From Bdellovibrionales bacterium (GTDB taxonomy: Bacteria; Bdellovibrionota; Bdellovibrionia; Bdellovibrionales; UBA1609): 64,000 nucleotides of DNA. The stretch spans positions 154,222 through 218,221 of the forward strand of contig DAIDIG010000005.1 of assembly GCA_027459485.1 (NCBI GenBank), given 5' to 3'. Positions 44,880-54,865 of the stretch are shown in pieces (within the stretch, counting starts at the first letter, position 1; each line of letters starts with the position of its first letter). Position numbers and translations under genes: made by a program. The notes beneath the pieces are model-generated. The model was not told where the DNA came from, ran no database searches, and worked only from the letters and a program-made list of their open reading frames with translations.

Positions 44880-45757
44880 TTTTTTCCCTTTTGCCTCGGC
44901 ACTGGTTTAACCGTTGCCGGTATGAACTGCACCGCAAGTGTGTAAACGTCGGTTGCATTTGGAACTTCAAATTTCTTGGTAAATCGGCGGCTAAATTTAC
45001 GAATATACTCTTTTGCTTGCTTCATATCCTTTTCGGCAAAGGCGAGCGTAATGGAAGTGATGTCTCTTCGTTCGACGGGCTCATTTTCTAAAGACATCAT
45101 GGCGCGTTTTAAGTTTTGCCGATGGTAGCCGCGAATCGTTTCTGACGGAATATCCGTGGTGGTTTCAACATTTAGTCGAGAGGCTTTAAGTTGATCGTTT
45201 AAAATCTCGACTAGCCCAAGCCTTATCAGATTATCAAGAGACTTTTTTGCTTGGCGAATTGAAATTCCTAGTTGTCGAGAGATCCATTGCGGTGATGCTT
45301 GAGTGCCTTTCAATCGGGCAAGACAAAACAGAGCCGTGTTATACCAGTCTGAAACGAACGAGATCTCATCGTCAGGCCGATGGTAGCTCATGTCGACCGC
45401 CGGTTGAGCTAGCGTTTCAAGGCTGGGCAGGTTGAGGACAATTGCAATTCGCGCTAACGTTGCTCGTGACAACTGCCGATTATCATTTATGACCTGCGAT
45501 AGCATAGCCGGGCTTAAACGTAAATCGCGTGCAAACGACCTTAGCGAATAGCGTCGATTTTTCTCTTGCCGTCTTCGCAGCTCGACCAGAAGTGCATTCC
45601 CCAGACTGTTTTCGAATCTATTCTCTAGCCGTTTCATTCGCATTACCCATAAGTTCCCGATGCGAGACGCGACTGATTTATTTTGTAAAGGTAAGTTTGT
45701 CATGAATTGTATCCGAGCATACCGTCCAAATTGTTTACATAGAAAATTCGTAAACAC
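44876..45757 (-). CDS. TIGR02147-like protein (putative HTH regulator family expanded in Bdellovibrio and Fibrobacter)
   Basis: RRYSLRSFARDLRLSPAMLSQVINDNRQLS matches the family N-terminus as I recall it. The likely real start is an internal ATG near 45637-45643. Confidence 0.55.
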   Translation of the reverse strand: MFTNFLCKQFGRYARIQFMTNLPLQNKSVASRIGNLWVMRMKRLENRFENSLGNALLVELRRRQEKNRRYSLRSFARDLRLSPAMLSQVINDNRQLSRATLARIAIVLNLPSLETLAQPAVDMSYHRPDDEISFVSDWYNTALFCLARLKGTQASPQWISRQLGISIRQAKKSLDNLIRLGLVEILNDQLKASRLNVETTTDIPSETIRGYHRQNLKRAMMSLENEPVERRDITSITLAFAEKDMKQAKEYIRKFSRRFTKKFEVPNATDVYTLAVQFIPATVKPVPRQKGKK

Positions 45758-45829
45758 TAAATGCCGTTAAATCTCACTTTGAAACAAGATTAAGGTCATG
45801 ATTTTGTAATAAATTCCGATTGGTTTAAA

Positions 45830-47164
45830 ATGAGGCATATACCTATGAAGCGTAAAAGTTGGTTTCGTGAATTTACTGTTGCGGTGATAGCTATTGCGAC
45901 GTTGATTGCATTTCAGAATTGTAGCGGTGCAGGGTTTAAATCAAATAGCACAAACTCAAATTCGGCAAACTCGGTTGGGCCTGCGCTAGGGCCTACTTCG
46001 GGGCCAACACCGTCGCCGGGGCCGACTCCAACCCCCGCGCCGACCGCATCAGGCGCACTGACGGGACTTCATGTCGTGATGGGGACCGGCGGAAATCCTG
46101 GATACCTCGAAAATGGAGCCAATCAAATTATTCAACTGCATGGCGCCGATCGTGCCGGTTCCGAATGGTCATGTTTGTATGGGGCAACGTTCAACGATCA
46201 CACCGATCAAACCAGCATTGACGCTATGAAAAGTTGGCATATCAATGCGGTTCGAATTCCCCTAAATGAAGATTGTTGGCTCGGGATTAATGGAGTTCAA
46301 TACGGCGGTGCGCAATATCAATCCGCTCTCAAAGCATACGTTGATCAACTCACATTAAACGGTCTGGCTGTTATTCTTGATCTTCATTGGGCGGCTCCAG
46401 GCACGGAACAAGCCAATGGACAACTCGGCATGGCCGATGCGGATCACGCTATTACATTTTGGTCGCAAGTTGCGGCGGCTTATGCAAGTCAGGGGGCAAG
46501 CGATACTTCACCCAACAGTATGGTAATTTTTGATTTATTCAATGAACCCTTCATTACCGACTGGAACTGCTGGCTCAATGGAGGCACGTGCGCTGTTGAC
46601 TACAACAACGCCAATTATAAAGTTGCCGGGATGGCTCAACTGTACAACGACGTTCGCAATGCGGGAGCGCAGAATGTTGTCATAATGGGCGGTCTTGGTT
46701 ACTCGAGTGATTTTTCAAAATGGGTTACCGAAGTCAGTTCAATCTCGGGCGCCAACAACATTGCAGCCTCTTGGCATATCTACAGTAACAACGCGAATTA
46801 CAATAATTTTCAGTACAGTTGTCCAAATCAATGGAACAATTTTTCCGGGAATTGCCCATCTGCACTGCAAACCGCTGAACAAGCGAACATTCCTGCCGTT
46901 ATAGCCGGGGGGTACCCTTTTGTCGTTGGCGAAACAGAAGTGTCCTACGAAGGTTACTCGTCACTCTTGACTTGGTGGAAGAGCCAACTCGATTGGTTCG
47001 ATTCACAACAGCAGTCTTATGTGGCGTGGAACTGGAACACGGTCGCTCCCCCAGAACTCATCACAAATTTTGACGGGACTCCAACGGAGAGTGGCCAAGT
47101 TTACAAAGATCATTTGGCTAAGTTTTGGGTGTGGTCACCCTCATCGAACCGACCCGTTACATAG
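45830..47164 (+). CDS. glycoside hydrolase family 5 lipoprotein (cellulase/mannanase-like)
   Basis: It has lipobox AFQNCSG and a Pro/Thr/Ser linker. The acid/base context is DLFNEPF and the nucleophile context is VVGETEV. Confidence 0.75.
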   Translation: MRHIPMKRKSWFREFTVAVIAIATLIAFQNCSGAGFKSNSTNSNSANSVGPALGPTSGPTPSPGPTPTPAPTASGALTGLHVVMGTGGNPGYLENGANQIIQLHGADRAGSEWSCLYGATFNDHTDQTSIDAMKSWHINAVRIPLNEDCWLGINGVQYGGAQYQSALKAYVDQLTLNGLAVILDLHWAAPGTEQANGQLGMADADHAITFWSQVAAAYASQGASDTSPNSMVIFDLFNEPFITDWNCWLNGGTCAVDYNNANYKVAGMAQLYNDVRNAGAQNVVIMGGLGYSSDFSKWVTEVSSISGANNIAASWHIYSNNANYNNFQYSCPNQWNNFSGNCPSALQTAEQANIPAVIAGGYPFVVGETEVSYEGYSSLLTWWKSQLDWFDSQQQSYVAWNWNTVAPPELITNFDGTPTESGQVYKDHLAKFWVWSPSSNRPVT

Positions 47165-47885
47165 CATTGTGAGAGGGCGGCAAGCTCATATTGTTGGGCG
47201 GCTGCAGCGAACTGTCGACCTCGAGACGGTAACCCGTGCCGATAACAGCTTCGATGTTGACACCGGTGCCGGCGAGTTTCTTTCGCAAATTCGAAATGTG
47301 AACATCGACGACGCGATCCGTGACCGAGATCGAATGGCCCCAAACACGATCGAGAATTTCAGCTCGCGAGAAAATCTTGTTTTGAGTGCCAGCTAGCAAT
47401 CGAAAAATACGAAACTCAAGAAATGTCAGATCGATCATTTGCCCGGTGTCATTTTTAAAGAGACGTTGCTCTTGCAAGTTACAGACGAGTCGCCCGAGTC
47501 GCATGATGGATTGCTGGTTGGCGGTGGCGGCGAATTTTCGCAGCTTCGCATCGATTCTTAACTTTAATTCATTGGCGTCAAAAGGTTTAACAATATAGTC
47601 GTCTGCGCCCAGAGAAAAGGCGCTGGCCTTACTGGCGAGATCGCCCCGACCCGTTAAAAAGATTACCTGGGCGCCGCGAAATTTGTCACCGGCAGTCGCC
47701 ATAAAATCGAAGGCGTTACCGTCGGGCAGCTCAACATCCAGTAAAACCAAAGAAAATTGCGTCCTTGCGAGAAGATCCTGCGCCTGCTTCAGGCTGGTCG
47801 CGAACAAATAGTCGTAACCCTGCAAAACGTTTTCCAGAATCAGCAGTATTTCAGGAGCGTCTTCTACCACGAGGATCTTATGCAT
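47157..47885 (-). CDS. OmpR/PhoB-family response regulator
   Basis: The receiver has (VVED...LLDVELPDG...KPF), and a winged-helix output domain follows (LTFLEFRIFRLL...VDVHISNLRKKL...GYRL). Confidence 0.88.
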   Translation of the reverse strand: MHKILVVEDAPEILLILENVLQGYDYLFATSLKQAQDLLARTQFSLVLLDVELPDGNAFDFMATAGDKFRGAQVIFLTGRGDLASKASAFSLGADDYIVKPFDANELKLRIDAKLRKFAATANQQSIMRLGRLVCNLQEQRLFKNDTGQMIDLTFLEFRIFRLLAGTQNKIFSRAEILDRVWGHSISVTDRVVDVHISNLRKKLAGTGVNIEAVIGTGYRLEVDSSLQPPNNMSLPPSHNAM

Positions 47886-47969
47886 GGATCAGTTATAGAC
47901 GCGTTCCCTCCAGCGCACTAACCCTGTTAAGGACTCTTGATCCGCCGTTTATAGTCGCTTCATATCTCC

Positions 47970-50519
47970 ATGAAAAACTCGTTACATATGTGGCCACGTT
48001 TTTTTTCCGATACACCTCCGCAGCGAGCTGTTTTTCACTTTAATCAGCCAACCAAATTCGTTCAGTCGATCATTGAGAAGACGTCCACGGCCCGTGGCCA
48101 ACTTGAAGTCGGATTCATCCTGATCAGCGCCTGGGTTGCAATCACGGCTGTCATTTATTACACAACCGGGTTCTATTTTCCCTCTCTCACGGTGATTTTC
48201 GTATTACTATTCGGGATATCCACCAATTTCGTCACATCCGTCACTCTGAGCCTGTTTATCAGTTTTTTTTACGACCGCATGCACCTGGCTTCAACGGCTT
48301 CCTCTGAACTCTTGCCTTTCGATGTGGCTACCTTCGACCACATCCTTGTCATCATAATGACGGCGTTTGTCGCAGCAATTATTGGGCGGCTCATGCGAAG
48401 AGCTCTCGTAGAGCAAACAAAACTTCGTAAAGATGCCGAAACAGCTTGGCGTGCGGCCGTGAAGCAGACGAACCTGCTCGCCGCGAGTGAAAGCCGCCTT
48501 CGAACTCTCAACCTCACTCTTGAAACGCGCGTGATGCAGAGAACAGCCGAACTGCGAGGGATTATCCGTCACTCACCGCTCGCGATTTTCACCCGCACGA
48601 TGGACGGCCGAATCAAAATCGCCAATGAAGAATTTGAAAAATTCGCGGGTAAGTCGCGCGCCGAAATCATCGGCCGTGTCGACCACGAGATTTTGCCGCC
48701 TGACTTTTTGAGCTTCATTCGCGAAGTAGACGCAAAAGTTAAAACTTCACGGCAGGCGTCGAGCTTTGAACAAACAATTGAAGACGCCAAAGGTGACCGC
48801 GTGTTCTACTTCATCGGCTTCCCGATTTTCAACCCGGCTCTCGAAATCGAAGCGATCGGTGGGATCATTAAAGATATGACGGATCGGCGCAAAATCGAAA
48901 AGGAAAAATCCGAGCTTGTGATGCGCGAACGCTTGGCAAACGAAGCGTCTCGTTTAAAATCCGAATTTCTTGCTAATATGAGCCACGAGATTCGCACCCC
49001 GATTAACGGCATTATCGGTATGACGAAGCTTCTTTCTGAAACTCGCTTGGCAGATGACCAAATCAGAATGTTACGAACTGTCGAATCGTCTTCGAGCGTT
49101 TTGCTTGCGACTATCAACGATATTTTGGATTTGTCTAAAATCGAAGCCGGACGTCTCGAACTCGAATCAGTCACGTTTCATTTACGCGACCTCGTGACCG
49201 ATGTCATAGAATGTTACGACCCACTGATCAAAGCGAAAGGCATGGACTTTTTGCGCCCCGATGTCATACCAGATGTCTGGCTTGAGGGCGACCCGGGGCG
49301 AATCCGGCAAATTCTCAATAACTTGCTTAGTAACGCACTGAAGTTCACGGGTGGCGGGTACATTCGACTGACCGTCGAGACCTTGAGCGAAGGCAATGAA
49401 ACCGATCTTAAATTTTCAGTTGAAGACACCGGTATAGGGCTATCAGCCGACGTGCAATCGAAACTGTTTCAAAAATTCTATCAGGGTGACACGTCGACAG
49501 CGCGCAAATTCGGCGGTACGGGTCTCGGCCTGGCTATTTGCAAACGCCTCGTTGAAGTCATGAACGGACAAATTGACGTGACGAGTACCCCCGGCAAAGG
49601 GTCATGCTTTACATTCTTTGTGCGAGTTCAACCCGTGCAAAAAGAATCTCTCGATCGAATTTTAGAAACCACCCCGGTAAAAGAATCACGCTCATTTGCC
49701 CCGGCTCTTCGCAAGACGAAGCGCGTGTTAATCGCCGAAGACAACCCAATCAATCAAGAGATCACTTTGCGCATGCTCGAAAAGGCGGGTTATCAAGCGC
49801 AAGCTGTCGCCAACGGTATCGAAGTACTAGAGCTGATGGGCAGTACGCATTTTGATTTAATTTTGATGGACTGTCAGATGCCCGAAATGGATGGTTACGA
49901 AGCCACTCGCGAAATTCGTAAACTAGGTATGACACTCCCCGTGATTGCATTGACGGCATGCGCGTTCAAGTACGACCGTGACAAGTGCCTCGAAGCCGGG
50001 ATGTCGGATTTCATCGCCAAACCCGTGACAAAAGAGGCGCTCATACGTGTCGTCGACAATTGGATGCTCGGGGCCGACCGCCCGACGACCGACGCGCAAA
50101 AAGATGAATATTCAGGAGCCCACATCGATGAAATCGATATTTTAGACGTGACGATGATCGGCCGCCTTGAACAGCTCGACAAAGACGGCAAAAACGGACT
50201 TTTAAGAAAACTAATTGAAATGTATATCGAGATGACCCCCAAAACGATCGCCGACATAAAGACGGCGGCGGTTACCCCCGGCCCGCAATTGCGCAAGTTA
50301 GCGCATACTTTGAAATCGAGCAGCGCCAATTTGGGAGCGCGCCGCATATCCAGTCTTTTGCAGCGAATTGAAAATGGCGAATTTAAAGACAATGAGCTCC
50401 CTGAGCTTCTCGTCGTACTCGACCGAGAATACGAGTCGGCTCAGAAAAAGCTGACCGATTTGCTCACGGCTCACACCGTCAATCGCGCCCAGTCGCACCT
50501 GATGGAGATCGTTCACTAA
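47970..50519 (+). CDS. hybrid sensor histidine kinase (TM-PAS-HisKA-HATPase-REC-Hpt)
   Basis: It has H-box [14 protein letters not shown], an N box [10 protein letters not shown], the G boxes, a receiver [14 protein letters not shown] and an Hpt motif [12 protein letters not shown]. Confidence 0.9.
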   Translation: MKNSLHMWPRFFSDTPPQRAVFHFNQPTKFVQSIIEKTSTARGQLEVGFILISAWVAITAVIYYTTGFYFPSLTVIFVLLFGISTNFVTSVTLSLFISFFYDRMHLASTASSELLPFDVATFDHILVIIMTAFVAAIIGRLMRRALVEQTKLRKDAETAWRAAVKQTNLLAASESRLRTLNLTLETRVMQRTAELRGIIRHSPLAIFTRTMDGRIKIANEEFEKFAGKSRAEIIGRVDHEILPPDFLSFIREVDAKVKTSRQASSFEQTIEDAKGDRVFYFIGFPIFNPALEIEAIGGIIKDMTDRRKIEKEKSELVMRERLANEASRLKSEFLANMSHEIRTPINGIIGMTKLLSETRLADDQIRMLRTVESSSSVLLATINDILDLSKIEAGRLELESVTFHLRDLVTDVIECYDPLIKAKGMDFLRPDVIPDVWLEGDPGRIRQILNNLLSNALKFTGGGYIRLTVETLSEGNETDLKFSVEDTGIGLSADVQSKLFQKFYQGDTSTARKFGGTGLGLAICKRLVEVMNGQIDVTSTPGKGSCFTFFVRVQPVQKESLDRILETTPVKESRSFAPALRKTKRVLIAEDNPINQEITLRMLEKAGYQAQAVANGIEVLELMGSTHFDLILMDCQMPEMDGYEATREIRKLGMTLPVIALTACAFKYDRDKCLEAGMSDFIAKPVTKEALIRVVDNWMLGADRPTTDAQKDEYSGAHIDEIDILDVTMIGRLEQLDKDGKNGLLRKLIEMYIEMTPKTIADIKTAAVTPGPQLRKLAHTLKSSSANLGARRISSLLQRIENGEFKDNELPELLVVLDREYESAQKKLTDLLTAHTVNRAQSHLMEIVH

Positions 50520-50678
50520 TTCGCGCCCATTTCTCGAACGCGCTCCCATAATTCGAAACAATACAAGTCATAAACTTGACCGCGATCCGCTTAGGATTAA
50601 TTAACTCACCCCTTATCGGCGAAAAATCCAGGGCTGGCAAAAGACCTACAAACAATAACGAACTTGCGAGGAGGATTT

Positions 50679-51221
50679 ATGAGTTTCGTGGCCCACCTGA
50701 TGATTTTCTTGTTTATGATACCGTTGGTATTCGGATGGCTTCTGTTATTTGCCGTCCCATTTGGAGCCTTGGCGGTGGGCGCTGCGGCGGCTCCGTTTGC
50801 GTTTCGTCAATCGCAGAAATCCTCGCGCAAGCGGGTACTGATTGTTGAAGATGATCTCGGAATGAAATTGATGCTTGAACAAATCGTTCGCTCGGCCTCG
50901 CCCGAAGCGATCATCACCGCGTCAGACAGCGAAGAAGGCGCGTCGCGTTTGTTGGAAGAAGGCGCAAGTCTTCGCGATAACTTCGACTTTGTAATCGCCG
51001 ATATCTTTCTAGCCGGTGAAGGCACTGGCATCGACTTGTGGCGAAAGTACCGGCATCAAGAAACCCCCTTTGTTTTCGCCAGCGTGGCCGAACGAACCGC
51101 ATTCGATCGCATGGTTGCCACTGACGCCGGGGGGACCGAAGCCGTGTTTGAAAGACTCCCCGCGTTTTTGCAAAAGCCCCTAGACCCCATGGAGTGCGTG
51201 AAGGTCCTACGAAGCCTCTAA
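50679..51221 (+). CDS. membrane-anchored stand-alone receiver-domain protein
   Basis: The N-terminus is hydrophobic (LMIFLFMIPLVFGWLLLFAVPFGALAVGAAAA). It is followed by a REC-like VLIVEDD...VIADIFL. The ATG at 50679 follows gaggagga. Confidence 0.6.
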   Translation: MSFVAHLMIFLFMIPLVFGWLLLFAVPFGALAVGAAAAPFAFRQSQKSSRKRVLIVEDDLGMKLMLEQIVRSASPEAIITASDSEEGASRLLEEGASLRDNFDFVIADIFLAGEGTGIDLWRKYRHQETPFVFASVAERTAFDRMVATDAGGTEAVFERLPAFLQKPLDPMECVKVLRSL

Positions 51222-51228
51222 TCAACTT

Positions 51229-51277
51229 GCCCCACTCGCCTTGTGCCAATAGAATTTCACCATGTGGCGAGTGGGGC
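51229..51277 (+). promoter_or_regulatory. 12-bp perfect-stem hairpin (terminator- or attenuator-like) spanning the start codon of the BMP gene
   Basis: The arms are gccccactcgcc (51229-51240) and ggcgagtggggc (51266-51277). The 25-nt loop contains ATG 51262, and tttgggtttgtt follows the stem. Confidence 0.5.
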
Positions 51278-52287
51278 TTTGGGTTTGTTCATTTACAACT
51301 GTGGTATTATTTGCGGTCGTTCTTGTCGCGGTGCCCGCGAATGTAGTTCCGGCTCAGCCGCCCATCGTCCGCGTCGGGCTCATCCTTGATCGCGGCGGTA
51401 AAAACGACAATTCATTTAATTCGGCCGCGTATAAAGGCGCGATGAAGGCCAAACGCGAGCTCGGCGTTTATGTGAAATACATCGAGGCGACCGATATCAT
51501 GTCTTTTGAGTCCATGCAGCGAGCGCTCGCCAAAAAACACTTCGATCTCATCATTGGCATCGGCTTCTCGCAGGTTGATGGCATGACCCGTGTGGCAAAA
51601 GAATTCCCACATACGCATTTTGCGATCGTCGACGGAAAGGTCGACCTGCCGAACGTCAAATCGATTATGTTCGAAGAGCAAGAAGGTTCATATCTAGTCG
51701 GAGCACTTGCCGCGCGAAGCTCGAAAACCCACGTGGTCGGATTTATCGGCGGCATGGATATTCCCCTCATTCGCCGATTCGAAAAAGGATACATCGCCGG
51801 TGTTCATAAATATTCAAAAAACACGCGCGTACTGACAGAATACATCGGGATCACAGGAGAAGCTTGGAACAACCCCTCAAAAGCAAAAGAGATCGCGCTC
51901 ACACTCTACAATGAAGGCGCCGATGTGATTTTCGTCGCGGCCGGTGCTTCGGGCACAGGTGTTTTCGACGCCGCCGAAGAGTCGGACCACTATGCAATCG
52001 GCGTCGACTCTGACCAAGACTGGATGAAGCCAGGTTATATCATCACGAGCCTTGTGAAACGCGTCGATACCGCCGTTTACTCCGCCATTCGAGAGCAAAA
52101 AGAAGGCAAATTTCGCGGCGGTGAGGAGTGGTGGGGGCTAAAAAACGGCGGCATTGACTACGCACGCGACCAGTACAACAAAAAGTTTCTCGACACCCCG
52201 ACGGTCGACTATCTCGAACAATTGAAACGCGATATCATCTCCGGCAAAATTATCGTACCCGACTATTACAAAATGAAAGCAAAATGA
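51262..52287 (+). CDS. BMP-family (PnrA/Med-like) ABC substrate-binding protein
   Basis: VGLILDRGGKNDNSFNSAAYKGA and GFIGGMDIPLIRRFEKGY are typical basic-membrane-protein (nucleoside-binding) motifs. Confidence 0.8.
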   Translation: MWRVGLWVCSFTTVVLFAVVLVAVPANVVPAQPPIVRVGLILDRGGKNDNSFNSAAYKGAMKAKRELGVYVKYIEATDIMSFESMQRALAKKHFDLIIGIGFSQVDGMTRVAKEFPHTHFAIVDGKVDLPNVKSIMFEEQEGSYLVGALAARSSKTHVVGFIGGMDIPLIRRFEKGYIAGVHKYSKNTRVLTEYIGITGEAWNNPSKAKEIALTLYNEGADVIFVAAGASGTGVFDAAEESDHYAIGVDSDQDWMKPGYIITSLVKRVDTAVYSAIREQKEGKFRGGEEWWGLKNGGIDYARDQYNKKFLDTPTVDYLEQLKRDIISGKIIVPDYYKMKAK

Positions 52288-53831
52288 GCGCTGAATTTTC
52301 TGCCAATGCGCCGATTGTATCGGTTCGCAACTTAACTAAATTTTACGGTCGCGAAGCGGCCAGTCGCAATGTCTCAATCGATTTTCACCTTGGGCGAATT
52401 CACGCCGTGATCGGCGAAAACGGAGCCGGTAAGTCGACCCTCATGAAAATGCTGTTCGGCTTAGAACAACCGAGTGAAGGCGAAATTGTCTTTCGCGGCC
52501 AGCCAGTCGCCGTAACTTCACCTCGAGTCGCGAAAGGCCTTCGTATCGCGATGGTGCACCAGCATTTCATGCTGGCCGAAAATTTATCTGTCGAAGACCA
52601 CCTGCGACTCGAAGTGAATTCGCGTGATAAAACTTGGGGTGTCGGGCCCTACTCTTCGTTCGAAAAAAAAATCGCTGAATTGCAGAGTTTCTTAAAATTA
52701 GACGTTCCCCTTAACTCAGCCGTTCGGCAACTCTCCATCGTGCAGAAGCAAAAGCTTGAAATACTTAAAACGCTTTTGTTCGATCCGGACTTTTTGATTT
52801 TCGACGAGCCGACAGCCGTGCTGCCGCCGAATGAAGTCGAAAAGTTTTACGGGTTACTACGTGAATTGCGCTCAAAACCAACGGCCATCGCCATTGTAAC
52901 TCATAAGTTACGCGAGGTGATGATGTATGCCGACGATGTTACCGTGCTTCGCCGAGGCGAAGTTAAGTTTCATTCAGCCGTTTCATCGACATCGGCTGAG
53001 ATTCTCGCTCGGAATATGGTGGGCGAGAACATCACAAAGACCGTGAACGACTTTCACATTCGAACGAAAGGCCGAGAAACTATTTTGAGTTTCAAAGATT
53101 TTTCTTTTCATCACCCGACCCTGAGATTGTCGCTTGTTAATGTCGACGCGCGGATAACCGCGGGCGAAATTGTTGCGTTTGCCGGCGTCGAAGGCAACGG
53201 TCAAACCGATTTGATCAAATGCATTTTGTTCCCGGAATTGTGTGATGGGCCTCGCGCGCAAGGGAGCATACAGTTATTCGGTACGCCCCTCGTAGAAAGT
53301 GGCCACTCTCTCGTTAGGCACGCGGGCGTTCGTCGCTTGCCGATCGGTTGGATCGGTGAAGATCGGCTGCGCGAGTCAGCCATTGCCGAATTTAATTTGA
53401 GCGACCATTTTCGTTTGCTTCCACACCACCGGTCGAAAGCGCGCTTGGCGCCAGTCGCGCTTGAGCTACTAACGCAGGCACAGTCGCAATTTGATATTCG
53501 CCCACTTCGCTTAAATTTAAAGCTCGGCGACTTTTCGGGCGGCAACCAGCAAAAGTGGGTGATTGCCCGCGAGGTCAGCCACTCACCTCGGCTATTGATC
53601 GCGGCCCATCCCACTCGAGGGGTGGACTTCGCCGCCGAAGCCCGAATTCACGCCACGTTTCGGGAATTACGGGGGCAAAATAAAAGCGTGATTTTTATAT
53701 CGTCCGACCTCGACGAAATTTGTAATCTAGCGGATCGAATTCTGGTTTTTTTTAAAGGGCAAATCATATCCGAATTTACTCCGCCATTTTCACGCGAGCG
53801 ATTGGGCCAGGCATTTGGCGGTCATGTATGA
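52284..53831 (+). CDS. ABC transporter ATP-binding protein with duplicated ATPase domains
   Basis: It has Walker A GENGAGKST, Walker B LIFDEPT, and a second cassette (FSGGNQQKW...). The start overlaps the upstream stop. Confidence 0.88.
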   Translation: MSAEFSANAPIVSVRNLTKFYGREAASRNVSIDFHLGRIHAVIGENGAGKSTLMKMLFGLEQPSEGEIVFRGQPVAVTSPRVAKGLRIAMVHQHFMLAENLSVEDHLRLEVNSRDKTWGVGPYSSFEKKIAELQSFLKLDVPLNSAVRQLSIVQKQKLEILKTLLFDPDFLIFDEPTAVLPPNEVEKFYGLLRELRSKPTAIAIVTHKLREVMMYADDVTVLRRGEVKFHSAVSSTSAEILARNMVGENITKTVNDFHIRTKGRETILSFKDFSFHHPTLRLSLVNVDARITAGEIVAFAGVEGNGQTDLIKCILFPELCDGPRAQGSIQLFGTPLVESGHSLVRHAGVRRLPIGWIGEDRLRESAIAEFNLSDHFRLLPHHRSKARLAPVALELLTQAQSQFDIRPLRLNLKLGDFSGGNQQKWVIAREVSHSPRLLIAAHPTRGVDFAAEARIHATFRELRGQNKSVIFISSDLDEICNLADRILVFFKGQIISEFTPPFSRERLGQAFGGHV

Positions 53832-54865
53832 AACGCGCATTTTACCGGTACGGTATTGCAGCGATCACCGGCATTGGAGCCATCTCAGTGCTTTGTTTGT
53901 TTGCGCACGAATCACCGTGGCACGTGGTTCAAATTTTGTTGAATACCTCTCTGGGTGAGCCCGAGGATTTATCGGTGACTTTGTTTTATGCGACTCACTT
54001 GATGTTTTGTGCAACAGGCCTGGCCGTCGCGTTTCAAGCCGGGCTTTTTCCTATTGGGGCCGAAGGGCAATTGTCGTTCGCGTGCCTGACAACAACAATG
54101 GTGGCGATCATGCTGCCGCCGACTTACTTTTCACTTGTCATCGTATTGGTGACCGGACTACTGGCGAGCACGGTACTCGGCCTCATTGTCGCCTATTTCA
54201 AATGCAAAAAGGGCGCGCACGAAGTGATCACAAGTATGATGCTCAATTTTATCGTCGCGGCGTTTGCCAATTATATGGTGTCTCATCATTTTCAAAGCCA
54301 TTCGTCACAAGACCCGGAGACGGCGATTATTCATTCACGCTTTTGGCTTTTTCCGTCGATTTTTCACGCCGAAGGGTCACCGGCGAATGTGACGTTTTTT
54401 CTGGCCGTATTGGCATGTGTTGCGGCGTGGTATTTTCTTGAAAAAACACGGCCAGGGTTTGAAATTCGCGCTGTAGGCAAAAGCAAGAGCGTCGCTCAAA
54501 ATTCGGGGATTTCAGTCGAGCGAATCTACGTTTTGGCTCTCGGCATATCGGCGCTACTTGCTGGGTTCGGAGCTTGGAACCAAATCCTCGGCTACGCCCA
54601 TAAGTATCAGATCGGATTTTCAGCTGATTACGGCTTTCTGGCGATTGCGGTCGCGTTAGTGGCACGTAACAATCCGCTCGCGATTATCCCGAGTTCGCTG
54701 TTTTTCGCCATATTGCTCAAAGGAGCGACCGGCCTCGACATCGAAACGGATTTCATCACTCGAGATTTCGTCAAAATCATTCAAGCCGTGTTGATATTGA
54801 TGTTTCTAGTTTTGCAAAAGCAACGAGACAAGTCGCGCGCCGAAGCCGAAGCGAGGCGCACATGA
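53828..54865 (+). CDS. ABC transporter permease
   Basis: It is a polytopic membrane protein. It is 4-bp coupled to both neighbours in the BMP operon. Confidence 0.8.
   Translation: MKRAFYRYGIAAITGIGAISVLCLFAHESPWHVVQILLNTSLGEPEDLSVTLFYATHLMFCATGLAVAFQAGLFPIGAEGQLSFACLTTTMVAIMLPPTYFSLVIVLVTGLLASTVLGLIVAYFKCKKGAHEVITSMMLNFIVAAFANYMVSHHFQSHSSQDPETAIIHSRFWLFPSIFHAEGSPANVTFFLAVLACVAAWYFLEKTRPGFEIRAVGKSKSVAQNSGISVERIYVLALGISALLAGFGAWNQILGYAHKYQIGFSADYGFLAIAVALVARNNPLAIIPSSLFFAILLKGATGLDIETDFITRDFVKIIQAVLILMFLVLQKQRDKSRAEAEARRT

Noticed and set aside
39286-47200. I looked for a direct repeat of the tRNA-Pro 3' end (att site) that would delimit the accessory block.
   Set aside because: By eye I found only 7-8-nt chance matches (for example aaatcctg at about 46093 and ctccccg at about 43565). 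A proper alignment search is needed before concluding either way.
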